Below, one piece after another: positions 30,501 to 39,120 of a DNA stretch of 64,000 nt; position 1 is the stretch's first letter, and every line of letters begins with the position of its first letter. This DNA comes from Podarcis melisellensis. Lineage: Eukaryota. The position numbers and the translations under genes are program-made. The notes beneath the pieces are model-generated. The model saw nothing but the letters and a program-made list of their open reading frames with translations, ran no database searches and was not told the DNA's origin. The stretch lies in assembly GCA_964234715.1 (NCBI GenBank), contig OZ174278.1; one strand, 5' to 3'.

Positions 30501-33145
30501 CCACAGAAATTTGATACAGTGAATAGTTCAGGAATTGAATTTGATATCATTAGTTCTGATAATTAAACAATAAAAGTTGCATTTCATTCTGGTTCGATAA
30601 TTTACGTTCAGCTGGTCTTTTAACAGGCTGCAGTGAAGCAGCTTTACATGTATAATGATGATGATGATGATGATGATGATGATGTCATCAACCTTTGTGT
30701 TGTTTTATAGGCCTATGACAATTTAAGTTTGAGCGACCATTTGCTGAGAGCAGTACTGAATCTTCTTCGAAGGGAAGTGTCTGAGCACGGGCGCCATTTG
30801 CAGCAATATTTCAACTTGTTTGTGATGTATGCCAACTTAGGTAATGTGATGTTTGTTTCACCCTAAAGGCTTTGTCCATGTTGTTCTGTCAGTGCACTTA
30901 CTTAATAGTCTTGACTCTTGCCCATTGAATGCTTAATGATGCGGCACAAATTGTTATTAATAGCTTAAATCAGTGGTTTTCAGCCTGTGCTCTGGGGATC
31001 CCTTAATGCAGGACAGTCTTCTCTGGAAGGCAGTTTACCCACCACTACCAGTTTTTCCATGATCCCACAGCTGCAAGGGAAAAGAGTGTTGGTTGGTTTT
31101 TCCCCAGAGCTATTCCTCAGCAGATAATTGATGCGTTCTTAATCTTGTTGAATCAGAAAGGTTTTGAGTGATTCTGGCTGGATTCTTGAAGGCATGGATT
31201 ATTGTATTCACAGTAAATGCCCATTTATGGATTTCCCAATGTGAACAGTTATCTGAATAGTTCAGTAGCTTAAATGTAGCTAAGTATGTATTCATTATTC
31301 TTCCTCTTTTTCCAACTTCCCTTTAGGTGTAGCAGAAAAAACACAGCTTTTAAAACTAAATGTACCTGCCACATTTATGCTTGTGGCACTGGACGAAGGC
31401 CCAGGTCCTCCAATCAAATACCAGTATGCTGAACTAGGCAAACTATATACTGTGGTGTCCCAGTTAATCCGCTGTTGCAATGTGTCATCACGTATGCAGT
31501 CTTCTATCAATGGTACTGTTAACCCTGGAACATTTAAACAGAATATATTTGTGATTAAATGTGTGTGGCAGATTATTATTCATCATAGCATCTCACTAAT
31601 CTTTTGTCTGTTACACTGGTCTGTGTTTACTTAAATATTTGGAAAAATTTCATATCATTAAAATACAGTAAGCTCACAACTTACACACGTTTAAGTTGTG
31701 CTCGTTCAGCTTTCCATGCTTGGCATTGTTTAAAAAAAGAAATTAGAAAGGAGATGGGCATTCAGGAGAAAAGACTTTGGCAATCCCACCTGCCATTGTA
31801 CCCAATGTGTTTTGACATTCTTGATTTATTTTAGGAATGTAACCTTCCATGTAAGTTGAGGATTTTCTGTATTACCAGAATTGTATGTGCAAAAGTTGGT
31901 TCTCTTAAATGTGTCTACATGTGACACAACCGTTCCATATTTTGGTAGTGCAAGTTAAGCCTATTCCAAGGGAAGTCTTAAAAAACCTTGTTTAATTGTA
32001 CAGGCTTTGATTTTTCACTAAGGAATACTACCAAACCCCATGTTTTACAAAACCAGCTGCAATGCTTTACAGTGATCATAACTGTTACATCAGAAGTTTA
32101 ATCTGCATCTGTCAGACTTGACCTAGGTGAATACTTATAGAATAGCAATTTTCATAACCGAACAAGAGACATTTCACATATATATGTAATGTACTTCACA
32201 TGTTCTGTGAAGTAATTAAAAAGATGACATTAAATAGTACCTTGTTGGTTTCTGTAGTTCAAATAAAAAATAATATAACAACATTTCTTTTTAGGTAATC
32301 CTCCACTTAGCAACCCTTACGGTGATACTAATTTATCACAGCCTATAATGGCACTTCAGCAGAATGTGGCAGACATCTTGTTTGTGCGAACTAGTTATGT
32401 GAAAAAAATAATTGAAGACTGCAGTAACTCAGAAGAGACCATCAAACTACTTCGCTTCTGCTGTTGGGAGAATCCTCAGTTTTCATCTACAGTCCTTAGT
32501 GAACTACTTTGGCAGGTAAAAAATGATTAAAATGACAGGAAAGGTGTGTTTTATTCAAGAGGTTGATGTGCAGAGGCTATTGTCCCTTGATTTTCACCCT
32601 CTTAGTCTTTAGAGTTGCAACAAGTAGTGGTTACTTCAAAAAAAGTCACCACCAGAGAAAATGAATGCTCTTTCAATGATAAAGCCTAATTTAACAGAAA
32701 TATTTCCTTGGCTTGTGGCGTTGAAACGAAAGCTCATTCATAATATAATACTGTACCCATCCAGTTATTCATAGCATGAATTCTCCTGTACTACACACTT
32801 AAATAATCATTAATTGCATGTTAATATGTTCCTCAAATTCCACTTTTTAAAGGTTGCATATTCATACACATATGAACTTCGACCGTACTTGGATCTCCTT
32901 CTGCAAATCTTGCTAATTGAGGACTCTTGGCAGACTCACAGGTTAGCTCTTGGGTTTTTGGGTTCTGCATTTTTTTGCATTAATAATGTGGTGCTTCTGT
33001 GTGAAAGTCTTTGTGATTGCTTCATGGAGACATAGCAGATTTTAGTTGCCTACTGGAAACAATAAAGTACCTTAAGCCGTATCCAAAGTGACTGTTACCA
33101 GAGCATATGGGGACTGCCAAATGGTTGTGTATTCTATATACCGTG

Positions 33146-33207
<62 letters not shown>

Positions 33208-36200
33208 TGATATATATGATAAATTAGCTAGCAAGGTTTTTGTGCAATTGTTACTTTAAATTAAATTATACAGATGAGTTTAGTTGTTAAAACTGTTAAG
33301 CTGTTAATTCCTTGGTTCAGCTATCTTCTCTGAGAATGCACTAGGTTGTTCTGGATAAAGCATTATTCTCTTCTCTGCTTCCCATCTGTTACATGGGGGT
33401 GATAATACTGGTGTACCTTCTTTGGCGATCACTCGTAGGCGAGTAAGATTGTCTTCCGTGAACACAGTCTTAACAGTGAGTCCATAAGTAACCGGAGGAG
33501 CCAATTCTGGATCCACACATCCTTCCACAGTGGGGACATAGGTTTCTGGGTGGACGTTGATCATGGTGGCATACTTTACCAGGGAGAAGACAAGAAGGAC
33601 TACTGAGATGAGGGGAAACTGTTTTGAGTACTTGGGAAAACTGCTATATAAACACTGAGCCTTATTAAATTGGTTGACTGTTCTGTTTTGTGTGAATCAA
33701 TCTGCTATAAAAATCATTCTGGCTTTGGATTTTTAATTTTATTTCTGCAGGGGAGTGGAGGGAGTTTATGGTAGAGAAACAGCAGCTGGTTTCAGGAAAG
33801 CTTAGGCAGAAATGGAGACCTGAGGTCACTTTGCATGGGCCCTAAAAAAAATTGTTAGACTATAATGGTGATTACCAAGTGAGAAAATGAACACATTCTG
33901 CATATTTAGATGTCACCCTTTTAGAAGAGGGTGTAAAGAAGTAAATAAAAAATATCACTGACAATTCTTCACAACTACTGGTACTCTGTAATGATACGGC
34001 AAGATCCTAGAACAGAGACATTCCATCTTGTTATGAGTAGAGGGAGCATGCATCTCCTAAGATTGTGTCTTACACCCACAGTTTTGCAAGTACAGACACT
34101 GATTATCTGGATCTGCTGGGTCTGAGCTTGTGCAACATTTTAATGCTAGCCCTTTATGATGCTGACATTTACATGCATGTTTATATGTGTGAAATTCTGA
34201 CTTCTTGATGTGTTTGGGATTCTCTTAGGATTCACAATGCACTTAAAGGAATTCCAGATGACCGGGATGGGCTATTTGATACCATTCAACGCTCTAAGAA
34301 TCATTATCAGAAAAGGGCTTACCAGTGTATAAAGTGTATGGTAGCTCTTTTCAGCAACTGTCCAGTAGCCTACCAGATTTTACAGGTAATTACTTTTACC
34401 TCAAAAAAAATTACTTTCTCTATTTTTCTAATGCTACGAAGAGAGGGACAGGACTGAGCCAAGTTTAGTTATAATAGAACTCTTTCTGCAGAGTCACTAA
34501 GATAAAGCCATGGTCTTGTACAGTGGTATCTCTGGTTACGTACTTAATTCGTTCCGGAGGTCCGTACTTAACCTGAAACTGTTCTTAACCTGAAGCACCA
34601 CTTTAGCTAATGGGGCCTCCTGTTGCTGCCGCGCCGCCAGACCCCGATTTCTGTTCTCATCCTGAAGCAAAGTTCTTAACCTGAAGCACTATTTCTGGGT
34701 TAGCGGAGTCTGTAACCTGAAGCGTATGTAACCTTAGGCGTATGTAACCTGAGGTACCACTGTATATTTTATCTAAATAAATTGGAGAAAACACCACCAA
34801 GAGCAAATGTCTATTCCCTCATAGAAATAAAATTAGAACAGAATTGTAGGATTGGAAGGGATTATCGAGTCAAACACCCTGCAATGGAGGTATCTCAACT
34901 AAAGCATCTATGACAAAATAGAACTGTAGGGACCTTACTGGAGTATTTTTTGTTTGCTTTGGTTTTTTGTTTTACAAAAACCTGCATTGGACTGAGGTGT
35001 GTTTAGAAGTAATTTTAAAATATTGAATGGCTTTTTTTTCATCTTTTCAGAGTAATGGAGATTTGAAGAGAAAGTGGACCTGGGCAGTAGAGTGGCTTGG
35101 AGATGAGCTTGAACGTAGGCCATACACTGGCAATCCACAGTATACATATAACAATTGGTCTCCTCCGGTCCAGAGTAATGAAACATCAAATGGCTACTTC
35201 CTAGAGAGATCACACAGTGCAAGAATGACCCTTGCAAAAGCTTGTGAGCTATGCCCAGAGGAGGTAAGGAGTGAATTTACAACTAACTTTGCTTTGGCAT
35301 TCTTTGGGAGACAAACAACTTGTTTCATAAAATTCCTGATAGAAATATATGTTGTTTCTAGCTTAGTGAGACTTCGGAACTCATAAGTAGGCAGGAGTTA
35401 AGCCCTCCACTGTACCAAGTGCCCCCAGTTATCACTGTGAGAGGCAAGGGAGTTTGAGCACTCCTCTGGCCACAGCCTCCAAACCTGTAATTCTTAATAT
35501 AGCAGCATCTACTTCTGATAGCTGTTACATAGTATAGGATTTAGAGAGGTGCCTGCAGAAGGGGTTGGCAGAAGCTGAATTTCCTTCTTGTTCCTTCTTA
35601 AAAAGAGCTTCTTCCAAGTGTCTGGGTATCCTGATTCATTTGGGGGCGGGAGAATCTGCCCAGATTTTTATTTTGGAGTTCCTCCCTTAGGCTCCATGTC
35701 ATAGCCAGCCATATATCAGGGTTGCCCTAACCCTCAAAAGAGGCTGGGATAGTGGGCAGTGATGTGATGGAAGCGGCAGGGTAGTCAGCTTCCACCCACA
35801 CATTCTGCAGGAATTTCTCTGGGTCCAATCAATTGCCAGAAGAAAATAAGGGCAAGGAATTTAAATGTGAAAAGTAGTTTATTTTTTTGTTTTAATGGGC
35901 AATTTTCATTTTTAGGAACCAGATGACCCAGATGCCCCTGATGAGCATGAGTCCTCTCCACCAGAAGATGCTCCATTGTATCCCCATTCGCCTGGTTCCC
36001 AGTATCAACAGGTAAGCAGAGAATTATCTTTAAAACATGTCAGTTCATTTTGGTATCCTTTGAACTTTTTGCTTCAGCTTTTAAAAAACTTATTGCCAGT
36101 TTTATTCCTTTTAGGACAAGGATAACTTTCACAAGAACATCATAGAATGTGATTCAGGTAGAGGGGCTCTTCCAGCAAACTGTAATTAGCAGACAGGGTG

Positions 36201-37505
36201 TTTTTTTAAGTATCTTGTGAATGCCCTCAGACACAACCATTATATGGGAACAATTATCTAACTTTTTTCTCTGTGAGCCAGCAAGCCAACTTGAATCAGC
36301 TCACAGGTGCATCCAGAGAAAAACTAAATTCCCCCAATAGGACATGTCCATTGATGCTTTGAAGACCACTTTAGAAAACAACCTATGCATTGTAAAATGC
36401 CCAAAATTTCACTTAAGTTTTGCACACAGTGATCTGCTAATAGAAGTTTCTGAACCAGCATTGGAAGTCTGATTCTGCCCTCCTGTAGTTCATGTATAAC
36501 ACCATGTGACTTAAGTTGCATGTATGCATATCTCTTAAAAGTTAAGTGCCTTTGTAAATGTAGTGCTAACTCCAGAAAGCTAAAATTGTAATTATCTTGC
36601 ATTACCTTTGTAAGTCATACATAACCAGTATTTGTTCCCTTTCCTAAAATAATTAATTCTATATCCTTAATCTGTTAATTTCCTTTCCTGCTCATTTCCC
36701 TTCATCTTGCTTTCTTTATCGATGTGTTCAGCAGAGCAGTTGGTAAGTGATATAGACCCAATCTCCTCAAAGTTGAAACACGTTTAACCACCAGCTCCCT
36801 TATTTGTTAGTGTGTGGTGTCTTCACTTTCTCACAAGAGCTGGCTTTTTTCACCTCCTAACATGCACAATGGCTATATTTTAAGTCCAATTTTAGGTTCA
36901 TAGTTGACCCAACTTCACATTACACAAAGGTACACGAATGTTTTACATCTGCCAGTTTAGGTGTGTTAACAGTTAAAACAAACATATTTGATGATAATCA
37001 CCTCAAGTCATTTTATTAAGTTTGACACAAGAAATATACTGTCCCTTTGGAAGAAAGGCCATTCACAATGATCACTTCCTGCTTCTGTGTACTAATTAAA
37101 ACTTTCCTCCCCACCATTCCATTTCTGAAGATTTGTTATGAGGACCTTCACATAAAGCTTCAGCTTTTGCATGAAGTTGGAATTAATTAACTGTAACCTT
37201 GACCTTTCAATTTCAGTGCAAATTTATCTGTTCTATTTTTAGTTGGCGGTAAGTGTGAGTAGCTCTCTGGTTGTAATTTAAAAATATAAATTATTGCTTA
37301 CCCAGTTCCCTGAGCTACTTTTTTGGGGAAATACAGAAGTTATTCTTAACATGTGTTTTGTCTCTTCCAGAATAACCATGTGCATGGACAACCATATACA
37401 GGCCCAGCAGCACATCATATGAACAACCCTCAGCGAACTGGCCAACGAGCACAAGAAAATTATGAAGGCAGTGAAGAGGTTTCACCGCCTCAGACGAAAG
37501 AATAG
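280..37505 (+). CDS. USP9X: Ubiquitin carboxyl-terminal hydrolase FAF-X (USP9X), 5'-partial; 38 coding exons, 6889 coding nt in window
   Basis: Exons spliced by hand at GT-AG sites give one open frame from [17 protein letters not shown] to [13 protein letters not shown] Cys box [18 protein letters not shown] (Cys codon 22805-22807) and His box [13 protein letters not shown] (His codon 28157-28159). Peptides recognised as USP9X. Confidence 0.98.
615..753 (+). CDS. USP9X: USP9X exon 9 equivalent, 139 nt
   Basis: acag|G TTG TTG CAA...ATG GCA|gtaagt; [16 protein letters not shown]. Confidence 0.95.
1060..1710. mobile_element. Cluster of degenerate short hAT-derived MITEs (GGGGAACC... / TGGGA(A/G)TTGTAGT family)
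   Basis: Three related ~110-150 bp units at about 1066-1200, 1350-1460 and 1595-1710, each with ccagcatg and most with gttgtagt-type motifs. Confidence 0.55.
2015..2167 (+). CDS. USP9X: USP9X exon 10 equivalent, 153 nt
   Basis: ttag|GAG TGG ATT...GCA CAG|gtaggg; [22 protein letters not shown]. Confidence 0.95.
3295..3399 (+). CDS. USP9X: USP9X exon 11 equivalent, 105 nt
   Basis: caag|GCA GGA AAA CAT...TTC AAG|gtaagc; [22 protein letters not shown]. Confidence 0.95.
3890..4275 (+). mobile_element. CR1 LINE 3' fragment
   Basis: Typical CR1 3' motifs: gatgaccaccaatttggatgattttaaaagaggagtaggcaaattcatggagga. A related fragment lies at about 20100-20240. Confidence 0.65.
4686..4892 (+). CDS. USP9X: USP9X exon 12 equivalent, 207 nt
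   Basis: ctag|GCA AGT TGG...TCT CAG|gtaaat; [25 protein letters not shown]. Confidence 0.95.
5330..5626. mobile_element. hAT (Charlie-like) non-autonomous DNA transposon/MITE
   Basis: TIRs CACGGGTGTCAAAC / GTTTGACACCCCTG; perfect 8-bp TSD GCTTAGAG (5322-5329, 5627-5634). Confidence 0.9.
6084..6220 (+). CDS. USP9X: USP9X exon 13 equivalent, 137 nt
   Basis: taag|GAT CGA GAT...TTG AG|gtgaga; [18 protein letters not shown]. Confidence 0.95.
7047..7180 (+). CDS. USP9X: USP9X exon 14 equivalent, 134 nt
   Basis: gcag|T CAA ACT CAG...AAA G|gtgagt; [19 protein letters not shown]. Confidence 0.95.
7775..7862 (+). CDS. USP9X: USP9X exon 15 equivalent, 88 nt
   Basis: tcag|AG CAT GGA...CTA CG|gttggt; [26 protein letters not shown]. 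Confidence 0.93.
9331..9537. mobile_element. Tc1/mariner-type MITE (short copy)
   Basis: TIRs CCGTATTTTTCGCTC / GAGCGAAAAATACGG with TA on both sides; same family as 24509-24927. Confidence 0.9.
9702..10044 (+). CDS. USP9X: USP9X exon 16 equivalent, 343 nt
   Basis: ctag|A TTT TTA CTG...TGG AGG|gtaagt; [19 protein letters not shown]. Confidence 0.95.
11400..12200 (+). mobile_element. L2-clade LINE 3' fragment (degenerate ORF2 C-terminus)
   Basis: Encodes [15 protein letters not shown] and [26 protein letters not shown], typical of L2 ORF2 ends. Confidence 0.75.
12924..13019 (+). CDS. USP9X: USP9X exon 17 equivalent, 96 nt
   Basis: ttag|GTT GTA ATT...AAT CAG|gtaaaa; [29 protein letters not shown]. 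Confidence 0.95.
13390..13601 (+). CDS. USP9X: USP9X exon 18 equivalent, 212 nt
   Basis: gtag|GTA GTA ATC CAT...TCA AG|gtttgt; [20 protein letters not shown]. Confidence 0.95.
14161..14401 (+). CDS. USP9X: USP9X exon 19 equivalent, 241 nt (ubiquitin-like domain region)
   Basis: tcag|A GCT TTT CGT...AAA ACA|gtaagt; [28 protein letters not shown]. Confidence 0.95.
14629..14778 (+). CDS. USP9X: USP9X exon 20 equivalent, 150 nt
   Basis: ccag|CTA ATT ACA...GGA GTT|gtaagt; [24 protein letters not shown]. Confidence 0.95.
14878..14998 (+). CDS. USP9X: USP9X exon 21 equivalent, 121 nt
   Basis: ttag|ATC ATG TCA...CCA G|gtaaaa; [19 protein letters not shown]. Confidence 0.95.
15485..15615 (+). CDS. 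USP9X: USP9X exon 22 equivalent, 131 nt
   Basis: ccag|AT AAC ACT...ACA GAG|gtttgt; [18 protein letters not shown]. Confidence 0.95.
15714..15925. mobile_element. Tc1/mariner (pogo/Tigger-like) MITE, degenerate
   Basis: TA|CAGTGGTACCTC ... GAGGTGTGACTG|TA. Confidence 0.75.
16117..16395 (+). CDS. USP9X: USP9X exon 23 equivalent, 279 nt
   Basis: gcag|GTA GTT TAT...TCA CAG|gtaatg; VVYALLMPA...[11 protein letters not shown]. Confidence 0.95.
16597..16722 (+). CDS. USP9X: USP9X exon 24 equivalent, 126 nt
   Basis: ccag|ATC AAC CAA...GAT GAG|gttagt; [17 protein letters not shown]. Confidence 0.95.
17265..17390 (+). CDS. USP9X: USP9X exon 25 equivalent, 126 nt
   Basis: tcag|GCT TCA AAA...GAG AAG|gtaaga; [24 protein letters not shown]. 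Confidence 0.95.
18247..18413 (+). CDS. USP9X: USP9X exon 26 equivalent, 167 nt
   Basis: acag|ACA AAT GCA...AGC AA|gtaagt; [26 protein letters not shown]. Confidence 0.95.
19283..19391 (+). CDS. USP9X: USP9X exon 27 equivalent, 109 nt
   Basis: ccag|A ACT GTT CGT...TTA GGG|gtaagg; [20 protein letters not shown]. Confidence 0.95.
19477..19540. repeat. Perfect 32-bp tandem duplication
   Basis: (AGCTTAGTTAACAAATAATACTTGAAATACAG)x2. Confidence 0.95.
20786..20932 (+). CDS. USP9X: USP9X exon 28 equivalent, 147 nt
   Basis: acag|AGT ACT GCA...ATT AGG|gtaagt; [25 protein letters not shown]. Confidence 0.95.
21131..21277 (+). CDS. USP9X: USP9X exon 29 equivalent, 147 nt
   Basis: ttag|GAT GAA GTG...ATT AAA|gtaagt; [27 protein letters not shown]. 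Confidence 0.95.
21955..22260 (+). mobile_element. L2-like LINE 3' remnant
   Basis: Encodes [15 protein letters not shown], typical of L2 ORF2 end, followed by a T-rich tail. Confidence 0.6.
22342..22564 (+). CDS. USP9X: USP9X exon 30 equivalent, 223 nt
   Basis: tcag|GAG TTA ATA...ACT A|gtaagt; [18 protein letters not shown]. Confidence 0.95.
22713..22933 (+). CDS. USP9X: USP9X exon 31 equivalent, 221 nt; catalytic Cys box
   Basis: ctag|CT TGT GAA...AAC GAG|gtaaca; [23 protein letters not shown]. Confidence 0.97.
24221..24411 (+). CDS. USP9X: USP9X exon 32 equivalent, 191 nt
   Basis: aaag|AGC AAT GTT...TTC AG|gtaaat; [13 protein letters not shown]...RGFWKQFR. Confidence 0.95.
24509..24927. 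mobile_element. Tc1/mariner-type MITE (long copy, GC-rich interior)
   Basis: TIRs CCGTATTTTTCGCCC / GGGCGAAAAATACGG, TA TSD; ends nearly identical to 9331-9537. Confidence 0.9.
25021..25209 (+). mobile_element. tRNA-derived squamate SINE (Squam-type)
   Basis: tRNA-like head (tagctgaggggtaagagca box A; ggtttgatccc box B 25070-25080) and 3' tail gactcagtataaggcagcttcctgtgttcc. Confidence 0.75.
25856..26029 (+). CDS. USP9X: USP9X exon 33 equivalent, 174 nt
   Basis: ctag|A CTC TGG GGT...CAT AG|gtaagt; [21 protein letters not shown]. Confidence 0.95.
27239..27380 (+). CDS. USP9X: USP9X exon 34 equivalent, 142 nt
   Basis: atag|G TAC GAA TGT...AAG AAG|gtaact; [18 protein letters not shown]...CEKCNKK. 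Confidence 0.95.
27491..27578. mobile_element. Short hAT-derived MITE
   Basis: TIRs CAGGCATGGCCAAACTTGG / CCAAGTTTGGCCGTGCCTG; internal TGGGAGTTGTAGT. Confidence 0.75.
27857..28607 (+). CDS. USP9X: USP9X exon 35 equivalent, 751 nt; catalytic His box
   Basis: ttag|GTT GAT ACA...CCA G|gttagt; [31 protein letters not shown]. Confidence 0.97.
29163..29286 (+). CDS. USP9X: USP9X exon 36 equivalent, 124 nt
   Basis: ttag|GA CAG GAT CAT...GAC TG|gtatat; [22 protein letters not shown]. Confidence 0.94.
29582..29807 (+). CDS. USP9X: USP9X exon 37 equivalent, 226 nt
   Basis: ccag|G TAT GAT GCT...AGT CAG|gtatgc; [18 protein letters not shown]. Confidence 0.95.
30655..30684. repeat. (ATG/GAT)n microsatellite
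   Basis: About 10 ATG units. Confidence 0.95.
30711..30840 (+). CDS. USP9X: USP9X exon 38 equivalent, 130 nt
   Basis: atag|GCC TAT GAC...TTA G|gtaatg; [29 protein letters not shown]. Confidence 0.95.
31327..31512 (+). CDS. USP9X: USP9X exon 39 equivalent, 186 nt
   Basis: ttag|GT GTA GCA...AAT G|gtactg; [28 protein letters not shown]. Confidence 0.95.
32295..32515 (+). CDS. USP9X: USP9X exon 40 equivalent, 221 nt
   Basis: ttag|GT AAT CCT...TGG CAG|gtaaaa; [10 protein letters not shown]...SELLWQ. Confidence 0.95.
32853..32941 (+). CDS. USP9X: USP9X exon 41 equivalent, 89 nt
   Basis: aaag|GTT GCA TAT...CAC AG|gttagc; [18 protein letters not shown]. Confidence 0.95.
33146..33205. repeat. Compound (TA)n(GA)n microsatellite
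   Basis: tatata...agagag. Confidence 0.95.
34229..34385 (+). CDS. USP9X: USP9X exon 42 equivalent, 157 nt
   Basis: ttag|G ATT CAC AAT...TTA CAG|gtaatt; [23 protein letters not shown]. Confidence 0.95.
34521..34762. mobile_element. Tc1/mariner (pogo/Tigger-like) MITE
   Basis: TA|CAGTGGTATCTCTGGTTAC ... GTAACCTGAGGTACCACTG|TA; internal aacctgaag repeats; same family as 46872-47059 and 50241-50410. Confidence 0.9.
35051..35263 (+). CDS. USP9X: USP9X exon 43 equivalent, 213 nt
   Basis: tcag|AGT AAT GGA...GAG GAG|gtaagg; [23 protein letters not shown]. Confidence 0.95.
35916..36011 (+). CDS. USP9X: USP9X exon 44 equivalent, 96 nt
   Basis: ttag|GAA CCA GAT...CAA CAG|gtaagc; [32 protein letters not shown]. 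Confidence 0.95.
36732..36742 (+). other. USP9X: Candidate alternative USP9X microexon (11 nt; 8 nt from the second CAG acceptor)
   Basis: About 100 nt with no AG (36629-36729), pyrimidine-rich, then ttcag|CAG|AGCAGTTG|gtaagt with a consensus donor. No transcript evidence available. Confidence 0.55.
37371..37505 (+). CDS. USP9X: USP9X last coding exon (45 equivalent), 135 nt to TAG
   Basis: ccag|AAT AAC CAT...AAA GAA TAG; [44 protein letters not shown]. Confidence 0.95.
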
Positions 37506-39120
37506 TGGAAATGCACATAATTAACTTGCCCCATCAAGACTGTGCACCCAGGCCTTACAGTCCAACTTTTCTCTGTGTCTGGNNNNNNNNNNNNNNNNNN
37601 NNNNNNNNNNNNNNNNNNNNNNNNNNNNNNNNNNNNNNNNNNNNNNNNNNNNNNNNNNNNNNNNNNNNNNNNNNNNNNNNNNNNNNNNNNNNNNNNNNNN
37701 NNNNNNNNNNNNNNNNNNNNNNNNNNNNNNNNNNNNNNNNNNNNNNNNNNNNNNNNNNNNNNNNNNNNNNATTCTTAAGCAAGAAACATTTTTTTGTCTT
37801 GATGAGACTCACAGATCTACAACAATTAATTTCTTGATATATCCGCTGCGCTCTACAACCAGTGTTGCCTGCCTAATGGCAGTTGGATCAACTTCTTTCC
37901 CCCAAAAAAGTAAGCCTCTCCATGTCAACCAGAAAAATAGTTTCATGTTAATTCTTTGCCACTGGAGTCAATTTTACTATGAGCAACGTAATGACTGGTA
38001 ACCTTTTAATTATTTGGTTGATGTGGAAAATTGGTGATGTAACATTGTTTCTAGGTCTTTTTTCATTGCCTTTTTCATTCTGGTATTAGGTTAATCACTT
38101 TGAAGCTATAGTTAAGCTGTAACATTTAGCATGGCTTCACACCAGGTTAGTGTAGCCAGTGAGGAAAGAAAAATTACAGTTGTCCCAGAGTGACAACTGT
38201 GTTGTTCAGAGCCTATTCTTCTGCCACCTAGAATATAAAACAGGGAGGGGAGGGTTGGGCAATGTGACAAACAGGTGGTTTTCAGTTGCACATATGTTCC
38301 TCACATCTGATGTTTGACAGTTTTGTCTCTGGGTGGGATAAAAGAACACTTAGTTTTCAGTAATAGGAAATTAAAAGATTTAAAACAAATATGCAAATTT
38401 TTGCTATGCCAGGATGCCTGGAGCATAATAGACTGTATTTGGTGTGCTTGTTTTGTTTCTTTGGTAGAGCTTATTTGATAAACTTCTAACACTTTCCTTT
38501 CTACTGCATTGCAGTGAAGTGGAAGTCAACAAAATCACACAATACTTGTGAGTGCCACTGCACCAAGTTAACTTGCTGGTTTTCTGCTCGTTCACAATTC
38601 TACTTGAAAACAAGAATTGAATCTTAGCTCTTTGTCCATGATAAGAGAAATCAAAACCTTAGAAGCAGAGTTTGATTATTAAAAAACAAACAAACTACTG
38701 GTTAGTCAAATACAAAACTGAGGTATCTCTATTCCAGAGTAAACATTTGTTTAAGGACTTCAAGGAAGACATCAGTAAATACTGTATTTAAATTAAAATT
38801 GGTAACTTGAATGTGTGTAATTATTTTGGAATCTGTCGAAAAACCAAATACCCCTGCAAAACAGATACAGCCCACCCTATACTATTTAAATATTTGCTGT
38901 TTTATTTTATAGAAATTATTTTGCTGAATTCACAAATAGAATTTGATTTAAGAAGACCATTTTTGTCCTGTGGTGTGTGTGTGGTTTTTTTTTTTAAACA
39001 GACTGCACAGGTAGTTGAATTCTGTGCACTATACCGAATTCTGGAACTAAAGTCGCATTGAGAATTGGTGAACAGAAATTTGACCCTTGACAAGAATAAA
39101 AAAGGAAAACTGTAATAGTT
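37506..39120 (+). other. USP9X: USP9X 3' UTR (proximal part; may extend to about 40.9 kb)
   Basis: AT-rich sequence after the stop in which I recognise no repeats. AATAAA at 39095-39100. The exact end is not determinable. Confidence 0.6.
37583..37770. other. Assembly gap (188 N) within the USP9X 3' UTR
   Basis: Run of n characters. Confidence 1.

Noticed and set aside
35264-35313. Equivalent of the 48-nt exon-43 extension I recall in the long human USP9X isoform
   Set aside because: No GT at +48 (35312-35313 is CA), so there is no support for that isoform here
36661-36670. ATATCCTTAA resembling a U12 5' splice site or branch point
   Set aside because: Not at an exon boundary, and all mapped USP9X introns are ordinary GT-AG; more likely chance or a U2 branch point for the candidate microexon
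37505-37837. ORFs containing X runs
   Set aside because: Artefacts of the N gap in the 3' UTR
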